A stretch of DNA of 64,000 nucleotides from a virus (Duplodnaviria > Heunggongvirae > Uroviricota > Caudoviricetes), in the IMG/VR virus record IMGVR_UViG_3300029705_000029. One strand, given 5' to 3'. The notes beneath the pieces are model-generated. The model was not told the DNA's origin. It saw nothing but the letters and a program-made list of their open reading frames with translations, and searched no databases. Shown piece by piece: positions 39,973 to 49,711 of the stretch. The position numbers and the translations under genes were made by a program. Each line of letters opens with the position of its first letter. Positions within the stretch are counted from its first letter, which is position 1.

Positions 39973-40439
39973 GCATTTATGGCAATGCAGTAGGCGGCAC
40001 CGCACCTATTAAGACGCTTATCATGACCGATGAAGACGGGAATGAAATCACTGGTGTAGTTACTGGATCTGAAGTAATATTTGACGCCACGCCAGCCGAC
40101 GTTAGAATTGGAAAAAAGTTTGCCAGTAACGAAGGTATTCAGGTTGGTGAACTGGTTGTTTCATCAAGCTACGGATCTATAGTATTGTCTGCTAATAGTG
40201 AAGCAGCCATTCCGGCTCCAGAGTACGAATACAGCCATTTAATGGTTACAATATGCCGTTATGATACAAATGAGGAGCAAAGTGTAGTTCCCATGTATGT
40301 ATCAGTTGGTGACGCAATGTATGATGCAATCAGTGGCACAAAGTTGTCTGACATTGCTGTTGACACAGAAAATGGGCAGATTAACTTGGGCATCACAGTA
40401 AACGAAGAATATGTGCTGAGATATTGCGTTATAGGTTAA
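39969..40439 (+). CDS. fibre-associated protein
   Basis: DATPADVRIGKKF...G fibre motif; coupled to the upstream gene. Confidence 0.5.
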   Translation: MSIYGNAVGGTAPIKTLIMTDEDGNEITGVVTGSEVIFDATPADVRIGKKFASNEGIQVGELVVSSSYGSIVLSANSEAAIPAPEYEYSHLMVTICRYDTNEEQSVVPMYVSVGDAMYDAISGTKLSDIAVDTENGQINLGITVNEEYVLRYCVIG

Positions 40440-40493
40440 TAATATTAATAACATAAAACTAATGATAAAACCTCGTAAAAGGAGGGAAAGAAA

Positions 40494-41216
40494 ATGGCAC
40501 AATATGTAACGAAGATTAAAACAGATGCAGGTGACTTGCAAATTGACTATAATGCGCTGGCCAACCTACCCGATGTTGTTACTAAAGAGTACGGCAATGA
40601 TACCTATGTAACAAAAGAACTTGGTGCGGCCACATATGCTCCACGTGGTATGGTTTCTCAAACAGTAAGCTATGGCGCAGACGATGATGAAGATGCTATT
40701 CTTATGGAGCTGTTTGCGGCAACACCCAACAATACACAGAGAGTAGTTTATGCAGTAAATAATGGCTCTCCATGGTTTTGGACCATCGCAAAGACATCAG
40801 AAGACTATGGTTGTGTAATTGCATATAAGTATGGATATTGGGGTACGCCATTCATAAAGTATAAAAATATTTGGGGCGGAACTGTTGGTAGCGAATGGAG
40901 TGTTACAAATCCTGAAATGGAGCCAGGTGTTGAATATAGAACTACAGAATATTGGCGCGGTTATCCAGTATACACTAAATTAGTTGACTTTGGGGCGCTG
41001 CCAAAGAGCGCCAAAAAGTCTGTTTCTTATACAGATGTTAGCGTTCGTTCTGCTATTAGATGTTCTGCCACTACTTCTGCAGGAGATACCATTCCATTAA
41101 AGAACGGGAGTCAAGAATTAGCGATTTACGCATCTAATAAAAATATTCATATCACATCCAACTATGACGCAAGTAGTATGACTAGCTATGCGCAAGTGTG
41201 GTATGTTAAAAATTAA
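40494..41216 (+). CDS. tail fibre/receptor-binding protein
   Basis: QIDYNALANLP N-terminus; NPEMEPGVEYRTTEYWRGYPVYTKLVDFGALP tip domain. Confidence 0.6.
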   Translation: MAQYVTKIKTDAGDLQIDYNALANLPDVVTKEYGNDTYVTKELGAATYAPRGMVSQTVSYGADDDEDAILMELFAATPNNTQRVVYAVNNGSPWFWTIAKTSEDYGCVIAYKYGYWGTPFIKYKNIWGGTVGSEWSVTNPEMEPGVEYRTTEYWRGYPVYTKLVDFGALPKSAKKSVSYTDVSVRSAIRCSATTSAGDTIPLKNGSQELAIYASNKNIHITSNYDASSMTSYAQVWYVKN

Positions 41217-41224
41217 TAATACGT

Positions 41225-41257
41225 AGGAGTCAACTATCCCTTGGCTCCTTTTAATTT
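41225..41257 (+). terminator. intrinsic terminator
   Basis: AGGAGTCAA...TTGGCTCCT TTTAATTT. Confidence 0.5.
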
Positions 41258-41273
41258 AAAAGGAGGGATATAA

Positions 41274-41585
41274 ATGGCAACAAAACGAGTTCAAATTATT
41301 GGTTCTCTGCTTAAGCCTAGTGCAAAAATATCTAATGTAGAGCTGTTGTCGGCAAACTGGATGGGTGATGCAAGCCCATATTATCAGGTAGTTGATGTCG
41401 AAGGTGCGACACCATGTAGCCAGGTTGACTTGACTCCTAGCATTGAGCAGTTGAATATTTTCTACGAAAAAGATTTGAGTTTTGTAACCGAAAATGAAGA
41501 TGGTATTGTAACTGTATATGCAATTGGTCAAAAGCCAGAGAATGATTACACTATTCAAGTCACCATTACGGAGGTGAGCTCATGA
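41274..41585 (+). CDS. fibre-associated adaptor (paralog of 39622-39972)
   Basis: LSANW...PYYQVV...DLTP...KPENDYT...ITEV. Confidence 0.55.
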   Translation: MATKRVQIIGSLLKPSAKISNVELLSANWMGDASPYYQVVDVEGATPCSQVDLTPSIEQLNIFYEKDLSFVTENEDGIVTVYAIGQKPENDYTIQVTITEVSS

Positions 41586-42229
41586 GCAAGATTATTGGCG
41601 TGACTGTTGGAACACCATTGCCTAAGCCAAATTTTAAACAAACTGACCCCACCAAGGGTGATTATATTAAAAATAAACCCATATTATCTACAGTTGCTAC
41701 TTCTGGTTCTTGGGGCGATCTCAAGGATAAGCCGTTCGGTGAAGAGGGTTGGACTATTGAGTGGGACGGCGATATAACCGACAAGGAAACTGTGACTTTG
41801 GACGGGCTGGAGCTTGTGCGCGTTTCTGACAACACGATTGCGCTTTCCGATGTACTGGGTAGCGTGGTGAGTTATGAGATTTCATACGATGGTGTTGAAA
41901 CAAGAACATTCTGTGTCACCGAGGATTGTGTTGCTGACGGCGAAGGATTGATGTTTGCAATTACACACACAGGCTCTGATACTGGTGTTCCGATTGTTAT
42001 AATTTGCAATCAAGACTTGGGAGAGTATGGCATATCAATGCGTGAGGGCGTATATTTCGCAAACAAATTTGTGCATGCGCGTTCTATTTCCAGTACAACC
42101 ATCAAGACCATCGACGAAACCTACATCCCAGACACAATTGCTCGCGCATCAGATGTTGAAGCGAACACTTCTGAGATAAATGCATTCACTCCTATCACTT
42201 ATGCTGAAATTGAAGCGCTTTTCGATTAA
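41582..42229 (+). CDS. fibre protein with anchor-flanked variable domain
   Basis: DYIKNKP, VATSGSWGDLKDKPFGEE...TIDETYIPDTIAR. Confidence 0.6.
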   Translation: MSKIIGVTVGTPLPKPNFKQTDPTKGDYIKNKPILSTVATSGSWGDLKDKPFGEEGWTIEWDGDITDKETVTLDGLELVRVSDNTIALSDVLGSVVSYEISYDGVETRTFCVTEDCVADGEGLMFAITHTGSDTGVPIVIICNQDLGEYGISMREGVYFANKFVHARSISSTTIKTIDETYIPDTIARASDVEANTSEINAFTPITYAEIEALFD

Positions 42230-42341
42230 TTAAATAATCAACAAATGCATGTAGGCCATTAATTTAGCCTATTTTTTATAGACATATATTATATTTATTT
42301 TTATATTATTTAAAATTTAAATAGCAAAGGAGAAATTTATT

Positions 42342-44273
42342 ATGGCTGAAATTAAAAAGTATTTATCTCTTGATAGACTGGCACAGTACGATGCTCTAAT
42401 CAAAGCAAAGATTGATAATGATATTTCTGGCGTAAATGCTTCTATTTCTGATATTACATCTGGTTCTACAGTAGTAAAGAAGGCTGAAGAAGCTACTTCT
42501 GCAACAAAGGCAACTCAGGATGCTTCTGGCAATGTAATTACTGATACATATGAAACCAAAACTGATGCTCAAGCAAAATTAGATGAAGCAAAAGGCTATA
42601 CTGATACTGCCGAAGCTAATGCCAAGGCGTATGCAGACGGCAAGGACGCTGCTATTCAGGCCGCTCAAAAGGCTGGCGATGATGCTGCTGCTGCCGCTGG
42701 TGTTGCCGATGGTAAAGCTGTTAAGGCTCAGGGTGATGTTGACACTTTGAAGGGCTACGTCGGCACTATTCCTGCTGATGCAACTGCAACAAACGTTGTC
42801 GCTTATGTTCAGGAGAAGACTGCTGGCATCGCATCTGAAAGTGCAATGATTGAGTTGGGCAATCGTGTTGGTGTTGTTGAGGGCAAAGTTGCTACTATTG
42901 AAGGCGATTATTTAAAGGCTGCTGACAAAACCGAACTTCAGAATGCTATCGACGCTAAGGTTGCTCAGACCGATTATGACACTAAGATGGGTCAAATTGA
43001 CGAGAAAACTGAGAGCTTGCAGACTCAGATTAATACTATTATGAACAACCCTGATGCTGAGGGTGCTATTAACTCTATTAATGAGTTTACTAAGTATGTT
43101 GAAGATCATGGCACTATCGCTGACGGTTTCCGCGCTGATATTGACAAGAACAAGGATGATATTGCTGCTGAAGTGAAGAGAGCTGGCGAAGCTGAGACTG
43201 CTTTGTCTGGTCGTTTAGACACCTTGGAAGCTATCAATCATGATGCATATATTGCCGCCGACGAAGCTATGAAGAATGAGCTTGATGGCGATATTGCCGA
43301 TCTTGCTGCTGCTATTGAAGCTGCTAAGACAGATGCTGCCAATAAGGATGCCGTTGTTCTTGCTGAAGCCCAGAAAGCCACTCAAAAGGCTGCTGTTGCT
43401 GCTCAAATTAAATTTAACGAATTGAATGAAAAAATTGTGCAGAGCGACTGGTCTGTAAATGACGAGAGTGATTCTGCTTATATTAAAGGCAGAACCCATT
43501 GGGTTGAAGAAGGGTCTTATGAAGTCAGTGGAACTTTTGATGGTGATATTAGTTCTAAGACGTACATGAAGGAGCTTGGTGGTGCAAATAAGGGCTATGT
43601 TCGATTAACAAGTGATACTATAACAAATTTTGATAATTTTATAGATGGTGAAATTATTCTTTATGATGAAAAAAATGATACCGATTATCGTTATAGTGTA
43701 GATATTGTTAAAATAAATAATGATATAAGTGCCACGGATAGAGTCGTTGCTGGCACTGTTTATGGTTTCGCTTCTAGTGATGGAGATATAATTATCGCAA
43801 CAGAAGGCAGCGCTGGACTTGTAACAGTTTATGCTGGTGGTAGACAAGGGATGCGTGTCCCGCTAACAGGCCCTGGCATTTGGGTATGGTACGACAATAG
43901 CGGCACCAATTTAGTTAAGATGGAATATATTTCTAGTTATAGTTTCAGATTTGCAGATGAAGTGGCTCATCCATTAGATGAAAAATTTATCCCAGATTCT
44001 ATTGCGCGTGAGTCTGATATTGAAGCTCTTGAGAGTGCCGACAATGCTCTATCTGGACGTTTGGATGCTCTGGAAGCTATTGATCATAGCCATAGTAATA
44101 AGACTATTCTGGATAGTATTACTGCCGAAAATATTACCACTTGGAACACTGTTACTTCTAAGGCTGCACAAGCAGATTTAACTGCTGTTGGCGACAGAGT
44201 TACTGCAATTGAGACTTGGCGTGATAATTTCGTTGAAATTTCTGAGGAAGAAATTAACGGCATGTTCGCCTAA
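42342..44273 (+). CDS. long coiled-coil fibre with inserted globular domain
   Basis: Ala-rich heptads (AKAYAD, AKGYTD); QSDW...YIKGR to LDEKFIPDSIAR insert. Confidence 0.7.
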   Translation: MAEIKKYLSLDRLAQYDALIKAKIDNDISGVNASISDITSGSTVVKKAEEATSATKATQDASGNVITDTYETKTDAQAKLDEAKGYTDTAEANAKAYADGKDAAIQAAQKAGDDAAAAAGVADGKAVKAQGDVDTLKGYVGTIPADATATNVVAYVQEKTAGIASESAMIELGNRVGVVEGKVATIEGDYLKAADKTELQNAIDAKVAQTDYDTKMGQIDEKTESLQTQINTIMNNPDAEGAINSINEFTKYVEDHGTIADGFRADIDKNKDDIAAEVKRAGEAETALSGRLDTLEAINHDAYIAADEAMKNELDGDIADLAAAIEAAKTDAANKDAVVLAEAQKATQKAAVAAQIKFNELNEKIVQSDWSVNDESDSAYIKGRTHWVEEGSYEVSGTFDGDISSKTYMKELGGANKGYVRLTSDTITNFDNFIDGEIILYDEKNDTDYRYSVDIVKINNDISATDRVVAGTVYGFASSDGDIIIATEGSAGLVTVYAGGRQGMRVPLTGPGIWVWYDNSGTNLVKMEYISSYSFRFADEVAHPLDEKFIPDSIARESDIEALESADNALSGRLDALEAIDHSHSNKTILDSITAENITTWNTVTSKAAQADLTAVGDRVTAIETWRDNFVEISEEEINGMFA

Positions 44274-44301
44274 TTTAAAGTCGTTTGATTAATAATATGT
44301 A

Positions 44302-44332
44302 GAAAGACCCTTTAATTAGGGTCTTTCGTTTT
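44302..44332 (+). terminator. intrinsic terminator
   Basis: GAAAGACCCT/AGGGTCTTTC then GTTTT. Confidence 0.7.
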
Positions 44333-44352
44333 AAATTAGAAGGAGAAATTTT

Positions 44353-45723
44353 ATGGCAAAGATTGATATTACCTTTAATAATAAAAATTACTCTATTCAC
44401 GAATCCTCTCTTTCTGACGTTTCTGACGCTTTAAAGTCTCACTTATCCACTACCATGAGTGGTTCTGGTGCAATGATTAATCTTGGTGGAGATTCTTATA
44501 GTGTTGATTCTGAAAAGTTATCTGCTGCTACTAATGCTTTTGTTTCACATTTAGGCACTATTACTGGTAGTAGTTCTAAGGTTGTCGTTGGTGAAAATGA
44601 GTATGGCATTGATTATAATAAGGTCAATGAGGCGATTTTGGAATTGGAAACTGTTTTAAGCAATTTACATAATTCTGACAGTCCTGATATTCCGATTGCT
44701 AAAAATGTTGTGTTAGAAGTTAATAAAATAACAGATACTACCTATGTAGATGATACTGCTTATAACGACGAAGAATTTATTTTGCTTAATATCTATCCAA
44801 AAACGAATGGTATGATTTTTATCACCTATGGTGATTTGACCAAAGTCATTATAGATACAAGTGGGGCAGCAGAGCCAGCTAAACAGCAAGTTTTCTTTGG
44901 TACTTTTAATGGCGTATCTGACTCTGTAACAACACCTTCTAGTGGCATATTGACGATTGAGGGCGATTATAGAGATTTTGGTGTAGGATCATATGATACT
45001 AAGCATAATTTTAATTTTTATAATGGCATAACTGCTGTTCATGATTTTGGAAATGTTACTAGTCTTGATCGTACATTCTGGGGCTGTACAAATCTTACAA
45101 GCATAACTATTCCTAATAGCATTACCAGTATTGGTTATAGCGCATTCCAAAATACAGGTCTTACAAGTGTTATTATCCCCGATAGCGTTATTAGTCTTGG
45201 TGATAATGCGTTTAGAGATTGTGTAAATCTTACAAGCGTTACTATTCCCAATAGTGTTACTGATTTAGGTAATAATACGTTCTGGGGCTGCACAAGCCTT
45301 ACGAATATCACTATTCCCAATAGCGTTACTAGTATTAAACATTATGTATTCCATGAATGTACGGGTCTTACAAATGTAATTATTCCTGATAGTGTCGTTC
45401 ACATTGGTCAGGAAGCGTTCTATGGCTGTACAAGCCTTATGAATATTACTATTCCCAATAGTGTTACTGACATTTCTGGTAGCGCATTCCAAAATACAGG
45501 TCTTACAAGTATTACCATTCCTGATAGTGTCGTTCACATTGGCATGGAAACATTCTCTAATTGTACAAATCTTACAAGTGTTAGTTTTGACAATACAGAT
45601 GGTTGGTTCGTTTCAAAACATAGTACTGCCACGAGTGGCACACCTATAGATGTAACAGATCCTGTTGCGAATGTGACACTGTTAACTGACACTTATAGCA
45701 ATTATTATTGGAAACGAGCTTAG
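44353..45723 (+). CDS. BspA/TpLRR leucine-rich repeat protein
   Basis: About 7-8 repeats of CTxLTSITIPNSVTxIGxxAFxx. Confidence 0.85.
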   Translation: MAKIDITFNNKNYSIHESSLSDVSDALKSHLSTTMSGSGAMINLGGDSYSVDSEKLSAATNAFVSHLGTITGSSSKVVVGENEYGIDYNKVNEAILELETVLSNLHNSDSPDIPIAKNVVLEVNKITDTTYVDDTAYNDEEFILLNIYPKTNGMIFITYGDLTKVIIDTSGAAEPAKQQVFFGTFNGVSDSVTTPSSGILTIEGDYRDFGVGSYDTKHNFNFYNGITAVHDFGNVTSLDRTFWGCTNLTSITIPNSITSIGYSAFQNTGLTSVIIPDSVISLGDNAFRDCVNLTSVTIPNSVTDLGNNTFWGCTSLTNITIPNSVTSIKHYVFHECTGLTNVIIPDSVVHIGQEAFYGCTSLMNITIPNSVTDISGSAFQNTGLTSITIPDSVVHIGMETFSNCTNLTSVSFDNTDGWFVSKHSTATSGTPIDVTDPVANVTLLTDTYSNYYWKRA

Positions 45724-45748
45724 AACTAAATAAAAATTACTAAATACA

Positions 45749-45772
45749 AGAGGGGATTTTGCTATCCCCTCT
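45749..45772 (+). terminator. hairpin after the BspA gene
   Basis: AGAGGGGAT/ATCCCCTCT; no U-tract. Confidence 0.4.
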
Positions 45773-45909
45773 AAATGAGCATTCTATTAGAAATATTTCT
45801 AAAGAAAATCTTAATCACATATTTAATTAGTACTCATGTATAATGCGCAAATACATGGCTATTAGTTAACTAAGCTGACAAATTATAAATTTTGAAAGGA
45901 GATTTCAAA

Positions 45910-46611
45910 ATGCCTGATTCAATTAAAAAATATTTGTCTCTTGATAGATTGAAAAAATATGACGAGTTGATCAAGACAAAGATTGACAGTGATATTGCCA
46001 ATCATAAGCATAGCTGGAATGAGTTGAACGATAAGCCGTTCGGCGAGGAAAGTATTGAGCGCATCGAAATTGATATGATGGGACAGACTATAGGATTCTT
46101 GAAAGTTTCGGACAATACTGAGCTCGCTGTATCTCCTGCGGCTGATGGTATGGCAAAAGTTTGGCGTACTATATCAGAAGTTTCTGACTTTAATAACGCA
46201 CCGTGGGTGTTGGTAGATGATAAAGTCGCTGCAATTTCTGAACTGATGGTACTTGTATTTTTTGAAGATGTTGAGAATTACGAAGTGGAAGAAATCGTCT
46301 TTAATGCAACAAAAGGCGTATACTTCATGGACACTAGGGCACTGGGCTATGAAGCCTTTTTATCTGGATTTGCAAGCGATTCTAAAGCTACTGAACCTGA
46401 AATCACTTGGGATGGTAATGATTCATATATTAAGCAGCTTGATGAAAAGTATATTCCAGATACCATCGCTCGCGTAGAAGACATTCCAGAGATCGAAGTC
46501 GCTACAGACGAAGAAGTAATTACAATGCTAATGGAACTAGATATGCTCCCAACATTCGTTGATAGCGAAGGAGCTCTATTAATTGATAACAATGGTTCAA
46601 TTCCAATTTAA
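45910..46611 (+). CDS. fibre protein with anchor-flanked variable domain
   Basis: IKKYLSLDRL N-terminus shared with 42342; SWNELNDKPFGEE...QLDEKYIPDTIAR. Confidence 0.6.
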   Translation: MPDSIKKYLSLDRLKKYDELIKTKIDSDIANHKHSWNELNDKPFGEESIERIEIDMMGQTIGFLKVSDNTELAVSPAADGMAKVWRTISEVSDFNNAPWVLVDDKVAAISELMVLVFFEDVENYEVEEIVFNATKGVYFMDTRALGYEAFLSGFASDSKATEPEITWDGNDSYIKQLDEKYIPDTIARVEDIPEIEVATDEEVITMLMELDMLPTFVDSEGALLIDNNGSIPI

Positions 46612-46623
46612 GGAGGAACTTAT

Positions 46624-47808
46624 ATGACAAACATTAATTTAAAAAATATTGCAAATATTCCTGTTGTAGAAAGCATGAGTGATAATACTCATTTACTTGC
46701 GGAGCAGGAAGGAAATTATGTAAGAGTACCAAAAAATAGTGTTAATGGTGGTGGCTCTGACATCCCAATGTCGCGTGGACTTAAAAAAGTTGTCTATAAC
46801 GGCAATAAGGACGATTATGAAATAGTTGATATGGATGAAATGTGCTTTGTACGTGTCATGGAAGACGTTATTTCTGAAGACGATCTAATTGGTGGAAAAT
46901 GTACATATTTTTGGATAATAGAAAGTAATACAAAAAAAATTACTGATGAAATGATTTTTGTAGCATCAGAAAATATTGTAGGCGTCGATGTTGCAGGCAC
47001 GCTTATAATTCTCTTATGCTCACAAGATGGTAGTACCTATAACGACTTAACATTCAATAAAGGTGTATATGTTACAGACAATGGCAGTGATAAAGTTATT
47101 CAATCATTTGAATATTATGGAGAAGTAATTAGCCAAGATATCCTTCCGCGAGATATTGTTTGTGACTGGTCAAATATAACTAATAAACCATTTGGTGAAA
47201 CACCAATCGAAATTGTATCTGAATTTGAATGTGAATTTTCAGATAGTTATCCATATAGCAACATTACATCAATTCCTCCATTTACTATTGAAGATAAAAA
47301 GAAATATACCGTTATATGGGATGGAGAAACTTATACCTGTACAGCAGACATTAATTGTTTTGGAGATGCTAGTTGTCAAATTGCACAAGTACAACCATCA
47401 GAAGAGCCATTTTATATGCTAATGAACGAATATGGTGAAATAGAAATATATGCAGAATCTCCAGGAATGCATACTATAACCATTTATGGCGAAGAAACAT
47501 ATACTATTGATCCCAGGTATCTTCCACCTGAGGCGGGTTGCAGTGCGTTAAATGTTGTGGTTGAAATGTATAATTCTGATTATATATGTGACACCACTCG
47601 CGAGGCTATTGCAAACGCACTCAACTCCAGAAAGCCAGTATATATTACGCTTGTAGATTTTAATATTGGATCTGGTATTGTAATGCAAATGTACCCATTA
47701 AAAAGGTTGGTATTTGAAGAAAACGGCAATATTAATATGGAGTTTGAGGGCGACCATCGTATTACATATAACACGGACGAAATGATTTTTGAAACCATAC
47801 CTTCTTAA
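46624..47808 (+). CDS. multi-domain fibre/adhesin
   Basis: Two variable domains; DWSNITNKPFGE...TIDPRYLP. Confidence 0.55.
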   Translation: MTNINLKNIANIPVVESMSDNTHLLAEQEGNYVRVPKNSVNGGGSDIPMSRGLKKVVYNGNKDDYEIVDMDEMCFVRVMEDVISEDDLIGGKCTYFWIIESNTKKITDEMIFVASENIVGVDVAGTLIILLCSQDGSTYNDLTFNKGVYVTDNGSDKVIQSFEYYGEVISQDILPRDIVCDWSNITNKPFGETPIEIVSEFECEFSDSYPYSNITSIPPFTIEDKKKYTVIWDGETYTCTADINCFGDASCQIAQVQPSEEPFYMLMNEYGEIEIYAESPGMHTITIYGEETYTIDPRYLPPEAGCSALNVVVEMYNSDYICDTTREAIANALNSRKPVYITLVDFNIGSGIVMQMYPLKRLVFEENGNINMEFEGDHRITYNTDEMIFETIPS

Positions 47809-47815
47809 TACATAT

Positions 47816-47846
47816 AAAGGCGGTAGTTTAATTCTACCGCCTTTTT
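47816..47846 (+). terminator. intrinsic terminator
   Basis: AAAGGCGGTAG/CTACCGCCTTT TT. Confidence 0.75.
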
Positions 47847-47870
47847 AACTAAATAACATGAGGTGATTAA

Positions 47871-49697
47871 ATGGAAAAACTAACACCTTTAAATGGTTTA
47901 CGCAATAGTATTGCGTCAATAAAAAGTATTTTAGACACAAAAGCAAATAAAGAAGATATCCGAGCAAACGTACAACCAGACTGGAACCAGAATGATGAAA
48001 CGGCAGATGATTATGTTAAGAATAGGCCGTTTTATACTGGTGAGCCTAAGTCAATCACCGTTGAGATTTTGCCAGAAATAAATAGTGCATCCATTGAGGG
48101 TGATATTATACTTTCAGAACCTTTGGTAGAAGGTAGAACTTATACCGTTACATGTGATGGTATTGAGTATGAATGCGTTGCACGCAATTATGATGGTTAT
48201 TTGATGTTGGGTAATAATGCAATTTATGAATATGATGGGGATATTACAACTGATACTGGTGAACCTTTTGCAATGGAAACAGAAGAAACAAGCACAACAT
48301 TGTGGGTGTATATGGCAGAAGAAAAAGATTTTACTTTGTCAATTTCTTACTCTGTAATTCAAGAAAATATCGTAAAGCTTCCTATGAAGTATCTACCCGA
48401 CGGATATCCATATAAAGAAAGCTATTCTGGAGAAATTGTACCAGAGACTACAATAAATATTGAAAGTACAGGCGATCCTGTTTTTGATCCGTTTGTAATT
48501 GAGTTTGTGGCTGGTGGCATTTATAATGTAACTTGGGATGGCATTGAATACGAATGCGTGTCATACATTGTCCAAGGCCCAAATTCTCCAAGTATCGGTA
48601 ATGGAGAAATTGCGGGTGTAAACGGAGGTAATGGAGAGCCATTTTTCTGTACGGTTTACGAAGGTCAAGTAATGTTGTTTGCAGCCGAAGTTGGTACGCA
48701 TACAATTTCAATAAGTGGTACAATAGAAAAAGTTGTTCAAATGTCAAGCGAATATATTCCGAAGTTTACAATCAATGTTGATGTAACATACGACCCGCAT
48801 CCCAACGCGAGTGCTGCATATTTTTGTACAATGGACAAGAGTGTGGCAGAAATTGCAAAAGCATACCTTGGTGGACTTGAAATGCGAGCCATAAACAAAG
48901 AAACGGGAGAATATTATATTCTGGAAACTGCAAAACAAGGTACGTTTGGCGATTGGGAATTTGATTTTGTAAACTGGAAGATTGATGGCGACATTCATTT
49001 TAAACACTTGCACATGTGGACTCCGAGCAGCGGCGATGCGGTCGCATTGTATACAACAGAACAAGCCAATGCCATATATGAAGGAACCAATAATACTAAT
49101 TATTTGGCGTCAGTACCGGCGGTATGCGATTTTGTAAACTCTAAATGTTATATCAGCTATAACGAACAAGAATTAACAGAAGAGCAACAAGCTCAGGCAA
49201 GAAAAAATATTGGTGCAGCAAATTCAAAATCTGTTGATTGTATCAATTTGGTTGACCAAGAAAATGGTTACACATATGCCGTTTGTATGCGCAATGGTAC
49301 TCTTGTAACATATTGTCAGATTGAGAAAATAGAAGTAACAACTATGCCCAACAAAACTGAGTATATGGTTGGTGAAATATTCGACCCAACAGGAATTGTA
49401 ATAACAGCAACTACCTATGATGGAGTATCAAAGGAAGTAACGAATTTTGAATATGACACTACGCCTATCACAGATAGTACATCATATGTAAAGGTTACTT
49501 ATACTGAGGGAGGCATGAGTCATGCTGTCGAAGTTCCTGTAGCAGTAATACCATTTGATCCTGAGATTGTTCTTGTTGACTTTGATTATACAGATAATGG
49601 CAATGGAACTTATACGATTACTGGTTGGAAAGAAACTTATAGTGGTCAACCAAGTACAGAACTGATAATTCCAAACAATAGTTTAGTTATATTGTAA
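47871..49697 (+). CDS. multi-domain adhesin/fibre with bacterial Ig-like domain
   Basis: QPDWNQND...YVKNRPF; QELTEEQQAQARKNIGA; Ig-like PNKTEYMVGEIFDPTGIVITATTYDG. Confidence 0.65.
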   Translation: MEKLTPLNGLRNSIASIKSILDTKANKEDIRANVQPDWNQNDETADDYVKNRPFYTGEPKSITVEILPEINSASIEGDIILSEPLVEGRTYTVTCDGIEYECVARNYDGYLMLGNNAIYEYDGDITTDTGEPFAMETEETSTTLWVYMAEEKDFTLSISYSVIQENIVKLPMKYLPDGYPYKESYSGEIVPETTINIESTGDPVFDPFVIEFVAGGIYNVTWDGIEYECVSYIVQGPNSPSIGNGEIAGVNGGNGEPFFCTVYEGQVMLFAAEVGTHTISISGTIEKVVQMSSEYIPKFTINVDVTYDPHPNASAAYFCTMDKSVAEIAKAYLGGLEMRAINKETGEYYILETAKQGTFGDWEFDFVNWKIDGDIHFKHLHMWTPSSGDAVALYTTEQANAIYEGTNNTNYLASVPAVCDFVNSKCYISYNEQELTEEQQAQARKNIGAANSKSVDCINLVDQENGYTYAVCMRNGTLVTYCQIEKIEVTTMPNKTEYMVGEIFDPTGIVITATTYDGVSKEVTNFEYDTTPITDSTSYVKVTYTEGGMSHAVEVPVAVIPFDPEIVLVDFDYTDNGNGTYTITGWKETYSGQPSTELIIPNNSLVIL

Positions 49698-49711
49698 GGT
49701 GGTGAAAAGAT

